The translations under genes and the position numbers were made by a program. Below, one piece after another: positions 12,070 to 28,505 of a DNA stretch of 64,000 bases. A model generated the notes under the pieces. That model saw nothing but the letters and a program-made list of their open reading frames with translations, was not told the origin of the DNA and did not search any database. Each line of letters begins with the position of its first letter. Within the stretch, counting starts at the first letter, position 1. Source of the stretch: Eledone cirrhosa (Eukaryota); assembly GCA_964016885.1 (NCBI GenBank), contig OZ024742.1:231136001-231200000 (forward strand), in the 5' to 3' direction.

Positions 12070-13380
12070 TTGACTGGCTGTAAACTTAGAAAACAGGTCA
12101 ACACTATCTTCTGATTGACTGTAAAGTTACACACTATGTCAACAGTGCCTTTTGATTGACTGTAAAGTTACACACTAGGTCAACAGTGCCTTTTGATTGA
12201 CTGTAAAGTTACACACTATGTCAACAGTGCCTTTTGATTGACTGTAAAGTTACAAACTATGTCAACAGTGCCTTTTGATTGACTGTAAAGTTACACACTA
12301 GGTCAACAGTGCCTTTTGATTGACTGTAAAGTTACACACTATGTCAACAGTGCCTTTTGATTGACTGTAAAGTTACACACTGGGTCAACAGTGCCTTTAG
12401 ATTGACTGTAAAGTTACAAACTATGTCAACAGTGCCTTTTGATTGACTGTAAAGTTACACACTAGGTCAACAGTGCCTTTTGATTGACTGTAAAGTTACA
12501 TACTAGTTCAACAGTGCCTTTTGATTGACTGTAAAGTTACATACTAGGTCAACAGTGCCTTTTGATTGACTGTAAAGTTACATACTAGGTCAACAGTGCC
12601 TTTTGATTGACTGTAAAGTTACATACTAGGTCAACAGTGCCTTTTGATTGACTGTAAAGTTACATACTAGGTCAACAGTGTCTTTTGATTGACTGTAAAG
12701 TTACAAACTATGTAAACAGTGCTTTTTGATTGACTGTAAAGTTACACACTAGGTCAACAGTGCCTTTTGATTGACTGTAAAGTTACATACTAGGTCAACA
12801 GTGCCTTTTGATTGACTGTAAAGTTACATACTAGGTCAACAGTGCCTTTTGATTGACTGTAAAGTTACATACTAGGTCAACAGTGCCTTTTGATTGACTG
12901 TAAAGTTACATACTAGGTCAACAGTGCCTTTTGATTGACTGTAAAGTTACATACTAGGTCAACAGTGTCTTTTGATTGACTGTAAAGTTACAAACTATGT
13001 AAACAGTGCCTTTTGATTGACTGTAAAGTTACACACTAGGTCAACAGTGCCTTTTGATTGACTGTAAAGTTACATACTAGGTCAACAGTGTCTTTTGATT
13101 GACTGTAAAGTTACAAACTATGTAAACAGTGCCTTTTGATTGACTGTAAAGTTACACACTAGGTCAACAGTGCCTTTTGATTGACTGTAAAGTTACACAC
13201 TAGGTCAACAGTGCCTATTGATTGACTGTAAAGTTTCACACTAGGTCAACAGTGCCTATTGATTGACTGTAAAGTTACACACTAGGTCAACAGTGCCTAT
13301 TGATTGACTGTAAAGTTATAAACTTTGTCAACGGTGCCTTTTGATTTATCATAAACCTACAAACAAGGTCGACAGTACCG
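12070..13380. repeat. 41-bp tandem repeat (tgattgactgtaaagttacacactaggtcaacagtgccttt), ~30 copies
   Basis: Period 41 (units start at 12112, 12153, 12194, ...); degenerate end units. Confidence 0.98.
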
Positions 13381-14075
13381 TCACACTTTTCTAGTCTCTG
13401 CTGGTCAACAATAACATCGTCACGCTTTCTGCAGTTTCACTGGCTGTTAACTTACAAGCCAGGTGAACAATGCTGTGTTTAAAATAGAGACGTATGTGAT
13501 TGCACATACAATATGCCAATGCAGAATAAACATATTTAGTCTCGCTATAATCATGTTAGTATGTGATCATCCACAGCAAAGAGCAGTCTATATATGCATG
13601 TCGCTGTCGTTACAGTTCAGCAGTTTTTAGTTACTTACTGCTGGTTGTAGGGTTATAAGATAGAATAAGTTTTTTCACAAGGCCATGATCAACTACGTAG
13701 TGTCGGATTCATTGCCATTACATGGCAGTGGGAATAAATCCAACACTACGTGGTTGCAAAACGAATTCCTTAACCACACAGCCATGCTTACATTATTTAT
13801 TTTCCATCCATTGTCTTCAGCTATTTTCTATTCTTTAGAAAATTGAAATAATTAAAAAACAGTATTAGCTGTCAATTCGACAGGAGAGTTCTATATGCAA
13901 GGGAAATAAACATGTGGTGGTAAACAACTAATAGTTTATATATTGAATAGGTTTTGATATTTGATAATACTTACACACTCACAAACACGCACACTCAGCA
14001 CAGTCCATACTTATATACACACACATGCATATACATATATATATATGTGTGTGTGGGGGTGGGTATATATATATG

Positions 14076-14213
<138 letters not shown>

Positions 14214-15407
14214 GAGAGATAGATAGATAGATAGATAGATACATAGATGCACATATTAAAAATGTAAACGAGAAAAAAATAAGAGCTTTATATATATTTC
14301 TATATATATATATGTGTGTGTGTGTGTATGTATATATGCTTGTGTATTATTTTCTAATTGAGTAATTATTCAGATATATATTACTTGTTTATATATTCCT
14401 ATAATATCTTTCCTATCCTGTTGTTTGTTTGCCGTGCTATTTGTCGTGTTGTCTGTTCTGTTTTGTATATTGTATTATCTTTTGTCTGTTCGGTTTATTT
14501 GTTTGTTTTTCTGTAGAAACTATGTAATCCGGTGAATGTGTTCGTTATTAATTCTCTAAAGTTTGATGTTATTAAAATTGATGAGAAAACAATGAACTGA
14601 TGAGTATGGAGACATCTGCAATTCTGGCAATTTGAATGAATAACTTTCCATTTCACTAAGCCATAGTTTTGTGATTAAACATTTTTGCGAATGAATTAGC
14701 ATTTGGATTTTCTTAATGGTCCACCTATGTATGTGACATGATATGAGTTTTTCATTATGTGCGTGTATCTTTGTATGCATGTATGTGTGTATGTAGGTAT
14801 GTATGTATGTATGTATGTATGTATGTATGTATGTATGTGTATAACTATGTAGGCATGTCTGTATGAATGTATGTATGTGTAAATATGTATGTATATATGT
14901 ACATATGAATATAAGTATGTATGTATATGTGTCTGTATGTATGTACGTATGTATGTACGCATGTACGTATGTATGTACGTACGTATGTACGCATGTATAT
15001 ACGTATGTATGTACGCATGTACGTATGTATGTACGTACGTATGTATGTATGTATGTATGTATGTATGTATGTATGTATGTATGTATGTATGTATGTATGT
15101 ATGTATGTATGTATGTATGTATATGTATAACTATGCAGGCATGTTTGTATGAATGGCTATGTATGAATAAGTAGTATGTATATATGAATATGTATGTATG
15201 AAATGTTTATATGCATAAATATGTATACATTTATGTATGTTTGTATGTATATGTAGATATGTGTGTAAGTGTGTATATATGCTTATTGGGAAATCATATC
15301 TGTAAATATCTAACTGCACGTATACATGTGTGTCTGAATCTATATGTGTGTATGTGCAGGTATATGTTATTTATGAACATGTATGTATGTGTGTATAGGT
15401 ATGCAAG

Positions 15408-15490
<83 letters not shown>

Positions 15491-15638
15491 GTAAGTATGT
15501 ATGCGTCTATTTATGTATGTATGTGAGGGAAATAGAGATAGGAAGAGAAAGAGAGAGAGAGATGTAGAGTGATAGAGCATGTCTGGTCATATGCATTTGA
15601 ATATCTAAATCTATCGGTGAGAGAGAATGCCTGCAGCC

Positions 15639-15752
<114 letters not shown>

Positions 15753-15891
15753 GCACATATATATATGTATGTGTATCTATGTGTGTGTGTATATATTTAT
15801 ATATATATATATATATATATATACATACATAGATGCATAGATAGATAGAAATGTATATATATATGTATTTATATGTATACATATACATATA

Positions 15892-15971
<80 letters not shown>

Positions 15972-16599
15972 TACACAAACACACACACGTTTGTATAACT
16001 AAATAAACACTCACAAATATTTGTGAGCGTTTATGTATGTATGTATGTGTGCATGCATGAATTCGTATGTTGTATATGTTGTAGGTGTATGTGTGACTGA
16101 ATCGAATGAATGTATGTTTATGAATGGAAGAAAAGAAGTATTTTAATGATTCGATAATTCTTTTGTTTACACTCAACGAAGCCTTGAAAATGTTTATCTT
16201 TTTTCAAATTTAAGACATTATTTCAAGGTGGCTGATTGGGTGGGTGATTGATTGAGTGGGCGGGTGATTGGTTGGTTGTAGATTATTTCACATCTTGAGT
16301 TGTTTTCTTTGGTGGTTTTAGCTTTTTTTTTTATATATTTCTATTGTTATTTTAGTTTTTCCTTTATATGTTTTCATTATTTTCAATCTATCAAAAATAT
16401 GCGTATTTTTTTTTTTTATTCTATTATTTTATCGATTTCAATCATCAGACTGCAACCATGCTGGAGCACCGCCTGGGAAAGATTTGAGTCGGTTATCTCA
16501 ACGCTAATACTTTTTATATACTCTGGAACTGATTTTATCGATCTCTTTGTCAAACAGACACAATCACTCACACTGATACACACACATATATATATACCT

Positions 16600-16692
<93 letters not shown>

Positions 16693-16761
16693 AGTATATA
16701 GTATATATAGTATATAGTATATATAGTATATAGTATATATATGTATAGCGTATAGTATATA

Positions 16762-16799
<38 letters not shown>

Positions 16800-16802
<3 letters not shown>

Positions 16803-17122
16803 GGTTTGTTGGTTCACCACTGGATAGAACTGGTCATTCCGTATGGTCAACCTCGAAGTAATATTAGGGAGAGCACCCAACGTAATGCAACTCACCCGTC
16901 TTCGTTTGTGTAGTTGGTGGTGCGAGTACGGAGTTAATTATTATAAGATAACAGGAGGCTGGACTGGTGTAATTCCTTAAAAGGTTTATTATACTATGAT
17001 CATTTCAATGACCCGGTTCAGTATAAATCCGGTGACATACTGAACCCGGTCATTGAAATGATCATAGTATAATAAACCTTTTAAGGAATTACATCAGTCG
17101 AGCCTCCTGTTATTTTATAATA
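16800..17122 (-). mobile_element. Fold-back element, family E
   Basis: Palindrome 16939-17122 with a one-sided ~140-bp tail; GAAA-tgatca-TA HHR-like 3' half; (TA)n flanks. Confidence 0.75.
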
Positions 17123-18546
17123 TATACATATATATATACTATATATACTATATACTATACATATATCTACTATACATATATATATATATCATCATTTCAT
17201 TTTACGTCCACTTTTCCCTGCTTGCAAGGGTGGGACGGGACCTGATTCTGGCTTGATTCTACAGCTGGATGCCCTTCCTAACACCAACCTCATTTACAGT
17301 GAGTGCTGGGTGCTTTTTTGCCGTGGCACCTCCACGACCACTTTACAGTGGAATGATAGGGACCCCAATCCCTATAATCTCATTTCTACAGCTGAGTAAA
17401 CTGGAGCAACGTGAAATAAAGTGTCTTGCTCAAGGAAACAACACATCACTCGGTCTGAGAATTGAACTCACAACCTTTCGATTGCAAATATATATATATA
17501 TATATATATATATACATTCTTTATGATAGCTCTGATGGGTCTTGTTACTCTGGAGTTTCACCTGTGTAATCACTGGCTTGTCTGATGATCTTGTGAATAC
17601 ACGTGTGAACATGTGAAATTCCAGAATAACTAGACTCATCACTTAGCCATAATATAGAATATTGTTAAACTCTACTTTGGTATTGAGTACTCATTCTCGT
17701 GTCTGTTAACATCACACGGATAAAAGCCTCCCAGCTTGGAGGTCTTTTGGCTATGACAATGGAGACATCTCTTATTATACATTCGTTAAAGTACACTGCA
17801 ATAATTATCATATATTGTGAGGCAATGAGTCTTCTCTTATTAGTCACATACTGCCACCTGAAACCGGGAAAAACTCCAGCCTTCATCGGGAGATAAGCAG
17901 CAACAATAATAATCAACGAGATGGATCTCGTCCTCCGTCGGTTTCCACGATGACTGTTCCAGCTGTTTGATCAATGGAACAATTGGCTACGTGATATTAA
18001 CGAGTAAGTAGTTAAGTACTCTGCAGATATATGCACACTTAATTTAACTCTTAGTGCCTCTAACGGGTTTCCAGATAGTTTCTGTCTACCATATTTCGCC
18101 CAGAAAGATTGAGTTAACTCATAGCTATGATAAATGACACCTGTCTGAGATGCCACACAATATCATTGAATCCGGAATCATATGATTGCAAAGCAAACAT
18201 TGTAACCATCTAACTACACTACGTCCACAACTTCGAATTATGTCTTCTAATGTTCGAGTGTCTTTGCTTTATTTTTTTCCTTGTAGATTCTGTAACTATT
18301 TCGTAATTATTTCTGCACCAACAGTTACATCTTCTGCCCCTCCCTCCCCTCTTTCTCTCTCTTATATATATATATATATATAAATTCACCGAGTCATGCT
18401 GGCAAGCGCTCCATGGGCTAAAAAGATCAGAGCAATAAACATAGGTTATAAAGGCCATACAAACTGAGACGGCGGTCAAGAAGGCATTAACCACCTAAGC
18501 CAAAAAACAAGTCAAGCTAAACAGGTCAGACAATATAAATGACATA

Positions 18547-19405
<859 letters not shown>

Positions 19406-19488
19406 ATGTATATATATATATAACCTGGATCCTTGGAATTGATGTTAAAATCCAGTACAGGGTTTCTGCGACACCTAAATCAATAATA

Positions 19489-19594
<106 letters not shown>

Positions 19595-20046
19595 ATGATG
19601 AGGTTACATATGTCGTTTAATCATTATAATTATGTCCACGGTTCTCCATGCAAACGAGATGTCCTTCACATGCATTTGCTGTTCATTATGAGAACGATAT
19701 CCTCAGATGAAAATCTATATGTTTGATATGTCGCTGGCAGGAAAAAACACGTCCTAATGCCTGTGTGCCCAGCATACATTTCTCCTGCTTACTCCTGTTT
19801 TTACCAAAACAATAATTTCGGAATATATATATATATATATATATATCGTGATATTACGCTCCTTATAACAGTCCTCTCTATTTGGTTGAGCACACTCCTC
19901 TGGGTGGTTTTGGGCTGCCCTTTCCAGCAGCTCGTCCCTCAGACACCACTGGTTCCCTGTCCTAAACACGCTGTGAATTCTCTCTCCCACGTGTAGCTGG
20001 ACCGTTGCTTTAAATTATCTTAGAGTTGTCTGAAATGTATAGCCTT

Positions 20047-20128
20047 ACTCACGCTGATGAACCATGGGCTATTTGTTTCTGTCAACAAATTATTGGCGAA
20101 ACAGATCTCTTTGGATTTGTACGTGTGT
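20047..20128 (+). ncRNA. Type I hammerhead ribozyme with full stems II and III
   Basis: cacg-CTGATGA-acca...tggc-GAAA-cagatc..gatttg-TA-cgtg. Confidence 0.75.
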
Positions 20129-20299
20129 GTTATATAGTTATAGAGGTTTGTATATACACTTTAATTTATATTTTTAATTACCGTGTGTCTACCGTACCTT
20201 TCATAGGTTATAGATTCCATACACTGGTGGTTTATCCCTGTTTTATTGATGGCGCACTATCTCTCTCTAGTGTGTTACCTTTTCAACATATTGTATATA

Positions 20300-20367
<68 letters not shown>

Positions 20368-20505
20368 CAAAGGGATATTTAATTTGTTAGTAATTCAACA
20401 AATATATTAACAGATATATTAACAGATTCGAAGCACTCTACGGATTTTCTGAAGTATAATATCAATGATATTAATAAATGAAAACTATATTTATAAAACC
20501 ATATT

Positions 20506-20566
20506 TATTCTATTATATATATTTCAAGGGTACCAAAACTTTGGTACGCACTCATCAGATAAAATA
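20506..20566 (-). ncRNA. Type I hammerhead ribozyme (family L), partly decayed stem II
   Basis: Reverse complement reads tattttat-CTGATGAG-tgcgtacc..ggtaccctt-GAAA-tatata-TA-atagaata. Confidence 0.65.
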
Positions 20567-20649
20567 CAAAGTTTGTTTTATAAATAGTGACATACCCAGG
20601 AATGAGACCTTAACGGTTCAAGTTCCGTCTGGATGTATATATATATATA

Positions 20650-20770
20650 TAACGAAGGAAGTGTGGTAAGGAACCAGGTGGACCATAACGCACCAGAGTA
20701 CTCAATACTTAGTCCAGAAATAGCCGTCGAAATGGCTTCAATTGTGCCGTCGGGGTCTTGAACATTTCCC
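20650..20770 (-). mobile_element. Family B fold-back element, internally deleted
   Basis: Family B tail (reverse complement) fused to an inverted B arm; (TA)n flanks. Confidence 0.75.
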
Positions 20771-20828
20771 TATATATATATATGTATATGTATATATATA
20801 TGTATATATGTGTATATATATATGTGTG

Positions 20829-20872
<44 letters not shown>

Positions 20873-21084
20873 GTGTTAAACAATATTCAATGAGTATGTC
20901 AAAGAATGAGTTTTACAGTAGATTGGGAGCACTCTACGGTAAAATAATTTTCCAGAGTTATTAATATTAAAATATAAATATTAATAAAATAGATGTTCTT
21001 TCGATGAGGACGTACTGTTGTACATCCGAAATATATATAATAAAATGTAATTGATCAAAAGAACATCTATTTTATTAATATTTA

Positions 21085-21149
<65 letters not shown>

Positions 21150-21213
21150 AAAAATATAGCTGTTCCATTTTAGACTGTCGAACAACTTGCAAGCGTTAAT
21201 AGCACACACACAC

Positions 21214-21273
<60 letters not shown>

Positions 21274-21542
21274 CGTGTGTATGTGTGTGTGCTATTAACG
21301 CTTGCAAGTTGTTCGACAGACTAAAATGGAACAGCTATTTCATTCCATTTACTTTTTTCTGTCAGTTCTACTGTCGCGCCCCCCCCCTCTCTCCCTCCCT
21401 CTCTTTCTCTCTCTCTCTCTCTCTCATATCCTAACTCTATCATTATGTCTCAGTCACAGATATTTACATATTCTTTGATACGCTCATAAAACATACATAC
21501 ATTTTTTTATCTCGTATTCCATCTCACTCTCTCTCTCTCTTG

Positions 21543-21623
<81 letters not shown>

Positions 21624-21799
21624 ACATACACACACACAGTCGCCTTTTCTCTCTGCCTCTTTCTTTCCTGTGTCTCATCTACTCTATCTCTTTCTGTCTG
21701 TCAATCTTTCCTCTCCCTACACACATATAATTATTATATATATATATATATGGGTGTATGTATGTATATATATATATATTATTATTATTATTATTATTA

Positions 21800-21894
<95 letters not shown>

Positions 21895-21967
21895 TAGGGT
21901 GTGCTAAAATATGACTCACCAGAGTACTCGATACTTGGGGTAGTAGAATAGGTAATATATATATATA

Positions 21968-22188
21968 GTGAAGGCGTGTGGCTGAGTGGTTAGAGAATTG
22001 GATTCGCAATCGTAAGGTTGTGAGTTCGATTCCTGGACCAGGCGATGCGTTATGTTCTTGAGCAAGACACTTTATTTCACGTTGCTCCTTCTACCTGGAG
22101 TTGCGACCGATAGATAGTATTAGCAATTGGAAAGACCAACGGAAACATTGTTTCCTCGGTCCGATTTGACGAAAGTCGATCGTTTAAG

Positions 22189-22190
<2 letters not shown>
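21968..22190 (+). mobile_element. tRNA-derived SINE family S2
   Basis: gtggctgagtggttag A box, gagttcgattcct B box, ttgagcaagacactttatttcacgttgctcc body. Confidence 0.85.
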
Positions 22191-22219
<29 letters not shown>

Positions 22220-22939
22220 GAATACGAGATATAAAATAATGAAAGTGAGTAATATCTGTCTCTTAAGCTTCCTATCCATCTATCTATTCATCTATCTATC
22301 TCTTAAACTCAATAATAATCTTCTGTATCTTATAGTCTTCTACCATTTTTCCAACAGATAACAGAAATATGTTAGTACAGTACAATACATTTTTTTGAAA
22401 CATCAATAAACGAGCGTGGATTATGCTTGAACAGTTCCCAATACGTCATTTCCGTTCGACATGCGTGCTTGGTGAGGTAGTCATTCGAAGCAACAGAAGT
22501 GAGACAAAACAGACCATTGTGCAAACATCTTTTTTCTGAACATCAAGCTAAAAACTTTGTCAATATACATGCTTTTTAACTATCGATGTAATATAGTATA
22601 ATGTAGTATAGTGTGTATATATATATTTATGTATGTGTGTGTGGGGGGGGGGGGTATGTGCGTGTGTGTGTATGTATACGTGCGTGTGCGTTTGTGTGCG
22701 AGTGTGTGTATGTGTGTATGTGTGTATGTATGCATATATAAAACTCTTGCTCTGGCTTAACCAGTATGCTACATCATGCTGCATCGACAGTTAAAACACC
22801 TGGGTACAGACAACTATATGTGGGAGTACGTGTGTCTGTGTGTGTGTTCGTGTTCATGTGTGTGCGCATGTGTGTGTGCGTGTATACATATGTGTGTGTG
22901 TATATATATATGTATGTATATATATATATATATATATAG

Positions 22940-23232
22940 TTTTGCGAGGTTTTTGATATGAAATCGTGTGTCGAAACAAATATTGTTATACTTGGGGGGA
23001 GGGGTCATATTTGTGTAATAACAGAACACACTCACTGTTTGGTTGGTTTTCGCTTCTGTGTCTTTTATAATATGCGTTTGTGTCTATATTATATATCTAT
23101 TTTTTACCGTTGGTCAGTCAATGGTAACATTGAGGACCGAATAAATTAAATTAACCGATATAAAAGACACAGAAGCGAAAAGCAACCAAACAGTAAGTGT
23201 GTTCTGTTATTTATTCTGGCAATATTATTACA
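22940..23232 (-). mobile_element. Family A' element (diverged relative of A) with an internal inversion
   Basis: attgttatacttgggggaggggtcat end shared with A; inverted repeat 23020-23070 / 23159-23210. Confidence 0.65.
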
Positions 23233-23298
23233 CAAGAAGTTAAAAAAGTCTAGATACTGGCAAATACAAACATACGTTCATGAGTACATACATACACA

Positions 23299-23380
<82 letters not shown>

Positions 23381-23615
23381 TGTGTATGTATGTACTAATG
23401 AACGTATGTTTGTATTTGCCAGTATCTAGACTTTTTTAACTTCTGACGTCATATAGTATATTGGATGAGATAAAGTAAGTGTTTTATACTACATGCAGCA
23501 AGTAAAAATGAAGTAATTTAGATATTAGAAAGAGTAGTTTCAACATGTCTATGTGGTTAACATGTTTGCTTCGTAACTACCTCGTTTCCAGTTTGATCCC
23601 ACTGCCTTGTACGGT

Positions 23616-23989
<374 letters not shown>

Positions 23990-24179
23990 TAAATCTACCA
24001 ATCAATGGTAGGGTCTAGACGTTTGTATTTTTTCTTACTATGATATTTTGTAATATATTTTACATAGATCAATAATTGAATGGACATACAGGTAACTACC
24101 CCCCAGAAACGATTATAAAATAATGAATTTTACTATGAATTAACCGTTTTTTTGTTTAATTTCATTGTTTTAATATTTC

Positions 24180-24262
<83 letters not shown>

Positions 24263-24269
24263 TTTGCAA

Positions 24270-24613
24270 CATTAAACATTAAACACACACGCAAACGCAT
24301 GCTCAAACAGAGACAAGAAGAAATAATTAAATAAATAAATTTATAATGGCGTAGGCATTACAATACAACGGGAGGCAACATAATAGTACCACTGATGATG
24401 TCACATCTGTGTGACGAAATAACTGTGATAGACTATATATATATATATTTATATCTGTATTTTTAACCGTTGGTCAATCAATGGTAAACATTGATTGCCA
24501 GATAAATTAACTAAGGAGATATAAAAAATACAGAAGCGAAAACCAACCAAACAGTGAGTGTGTTCTGGTATTATTTCTGGCAATATTATAACAATATGAC
24601 CCTCCCCAAGTAT

Positions 24614-24620
<7 letters not shown>
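24270..24620 (+). mobile_element. Family A' element with a decayed HHR (~24387-24430)
   Basis: CTGATGA-tgtcaca(tctg)tgtgac-GAAA; ends in gaccctccccaagtataacaata like family A. Confidence 0.7.
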
Positions 24621-24671
<51 letters not shown>

Positions 24672-24804
24672 TCACACACACATATATATATATATGTGTG
24701 TGTGTGTGTTTGTGTGTGTAAAAAATAAACAGAAATATCAAAGCAAACGATACTGTACAATGAAGAAATATATTAGTTAAACGCTTGAAATAATGGGAAG
24801 AGAG

Positions 24805-24840
24805 TCTTAACGTTTCGGACACTAGTTCTTCATCAGAAGA
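24805..24840 (-). ncRNA. Minimal type I hammerhead ribozyme (family K)
   Basis: Reverse complement reads tctt-CTGATGA-agaac(tagt)gtcc-GAAA-cg-TT-aaga; relative at 30387-30422 (+). Confidence 0.65.
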
Positions 24841-24988
24841 TAGAATGAAAAATAAAAGATGAAATAGAATGATAAAGGGTGAGAAGAGGAAGGAACGGAT
24901 AAAATGAGAAACACATACACACACATCTCACACACACACGCTCGCACACACACACACACACATACACACACACATATAAATATATATA

Positions 24989-25140
<152 letters not shown>

Positions 25141-25243
25141 ACAATTTAGCTTCAGGCATAGTTGTATAGAGATATGTATTTGAATTCCGTATTTCTGAAG
25201 AAATACGGTATGTTTCAAATAAATAACAGAAGCAAGGGGGATA

Positions 25244-25289
25244 ATCGTGGATGCGCATTTCGAACTGAAAGAGTCCTCATCAGCACGAT
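25244..25289 (-). ncRNA. Type I hammerhead ribozyme (family J)
   Basis: Reverse complement reads atcgtg-CTGATGAG-gact(ctttc)agttc-GAAA-tgcgca-TC-cacgat; all core nucleotides canonical. Confidence 0.9.
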
Positions 25290-25387
25290 CCCTCCCACTC
25301 TTGCAACTCCTGGACTTTGAAAACAGGCGAGAATATATGGTTTTCTCATCTGTGTAAATGAGGTGATTAGTCTCATATATATATATA

Positions 25388-25936
<549 letters not shown>

Positions 25937-26425
25937 ATATATATATATATATATATATGAAGGTTTCCTAGAGGTGTCGGGGGTAACCACAGTTTAAAAA
26001 GGTACTCAATATGTTGGTAGAGTATAGGCATGTTTATTATATATAGAATTGACTTGTAATTCGATAAAGAACATCCAGCACTGGGAGAGCCCACTATTCC
26101 TATGAAGTGTTGTGGTATATATAATGTCGTTTGTTGTACAGGCGTTTCTGTAGTTATCTATTTGAGATTTTCGCAGATGCAGATGCAAAAAGAGATCAGC
26201 TTGCAGCAGTAAAGAGGGACCGAAAAAATCGCAGGATTCTGCACACCAAGTGCAACAAAGACTGTCACTCACGCATCAGTCACGCATCAGTCACGCATCA
26301 GTCTGCACTGTTACAGAAAATACCAGTGACTAGACATAACTCCAGGCGCATTAAGCATTGTCTTCTGAGACAGAGCTACCAATGATGATGGTGATGATAA
26401 TATATATATATATATGTGTGTGTAT

Positions 26426-26456
<31 letters not shown>

Positions 26457-27080
26457 GAAGAGAGGGAGAAAGAGAGAAAGAGCAAGAGAGAGAGGGAGAG
26501 AGAGGTCAGTGTGTGCGTGTTATATGGAAATTGAATACGAACATGGAGTACTATTTATTAAAATTCCATGTGATTCATTATAATATAACGATGACCCCGC
26601 CCCCCCGCCTATGTTATTCACATAAACACACAAGCTTTGTCTCTATTTACTAATCAATCTATACATGTTGGTGAAGAATATATGTAGAATACGAGGAATG
26701 CTAGAGCAAATATTTGAACCAATTTGATTGACGAATCAGTCCATTGAGAAAATATTTATCTGACTCTTAATTCCGAAACTGAATACTTGTAAGAATGGGG
26801 AATTGTGTAAGTTAATCAGTTGTCAATAAATGATAAGCTTAGGTAGCAGATTCTATAAGAAAAGGCAATCATGAAGTCGTTAAAAATACCGTTCTCTTGC
26901 CGATTAATTTTACTCGCACCAAATTTGCATAGCTGGAAATTGGCCACCACCAAGAACTAACACTATACTGGAATTGGTTATTAAGAAATGATTCATTGGT
27001 ATAGACTTTTGATATCGAAACATTCTAAGGCTTAACTCAGCCTGCATCTCTTTTATTCCTTTATATTTATTTACAGCCAA

Positions 27081-27162
<82 letters not shown>

Positions 27163-27170
27163 TATATATA

Positions 27171-27240
<70 letters not shown>

Positions 27241-27333
27241 GATCGTTCCTTTATGTATATATATATAATATATGTATATATACATATGAATTTATATATA
27301 TACACATATATGAATATATATATATATTCATAT

Positions 27334-27507
27334 AGGAAAAAATATGACCCCGACAGCAGAGCTCAGGCCGTTTCGACGGTTATTTCGAAACGGCCTGAGC
27401 TCTGCCGTCGGGGTTATACTTTTTCCTATTACCCACTCTACTACCCTAAGTATTGAATACTCTGGTGCGTTATGGTCTATCTAGTTCCTTACCATAATTC
27501 CTTCGTT
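27334..27507 (+). mobile_element. Family B fold-back element
   Basis: Same arms and tail as 23731-23934. Confidence 0.85.
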
Positions 27508-27637
27508 ATATTCATATATATATATATATTCATACTACTGTGCGTCTGTATACATATATGTATGTACGTATACATACTTATATTTAAGTAACAGCCGTAC
27601 TAAGAGTGAGAAATGAAATTTCATTTCATTTTTTCCG

Positions 27638-27710
<73 letters not shown>

Positions 27711-27900
27711 ATAAAAGGAAAAGAAAATGCTGACAAATTGTTCCCAGTGAAAAATAGTTTAATTAGGAATAAGTAAAAATTAGTAATAGTATTGTTTAGT
27801 ATTCAGTTTTGGTTTTAAGTTTTACCGGTTGCGCATTTCTAATGCTTTTCAAAAATAATTTTGAGATAGAGCGCCCGTGATGTTTGCTCTAATCTGATAA

Positions 27901-27967
<67 letters not shown>

Positions 27968-28041
27968 GAACGAACGATTTTCGTCAAATCGGACCGAGGA
28001 AACAATAAACACACACATATATGAATATATATATATAAATA

Positions 28042-28103
<62 letters not shown>

Positions 28104-28132
28104 CATACATATATATAAGTATCGACTTTATT

Positions 28133-28505
28133 TTTCCTGCCAAAACTAATGCCACGTGGGCATTAGTTTTGGCAGGAAATCCTTTGGGTGGGAGATGACG
28201 CCACCCTACCTGTGCATGCGAGAAGATTTTCGCACCGGTAGGCCTCAACAGTTACCGCCTCTTACCCCGGCTCTACAAACGTGTAGTGCGCGATCGTCAG
28301 ATTTTTGTTTTCACGCAAGATGACCGAATGCAAAAAGCTTGGTAATACTCAAGCTCAACTCATCCAAAAGATTCAACAGGCGTTTGGTGGTGATGCAGAA
28401 GCAATACCCCATGGAAATCGCTCAGTACATGCTGGACTCTGCAAACCACGACACAGACTTCAGGAAAACCATCATCACTTATGATGAGACATGGGTTTAT
28501 AGTTT
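28133..28505 (+). mobile_element. Mariner transposon fragment
   Basis: MEIAQYMLDSANHDTDFRKTIITYDETWVY resembles the mariner IITGDETWVY motif (first catalytic D). Confidence 0.75.

Noticed and set aside
12070-13380. CRISPR-like array
   Set aside because: Units are contiguous with no unique spacers, no cas genes are present, and the context is eukaryotic.
21968-22050. tRNA gene
   Set aside because: The tRNA-like head continues into a repeated SINE body.
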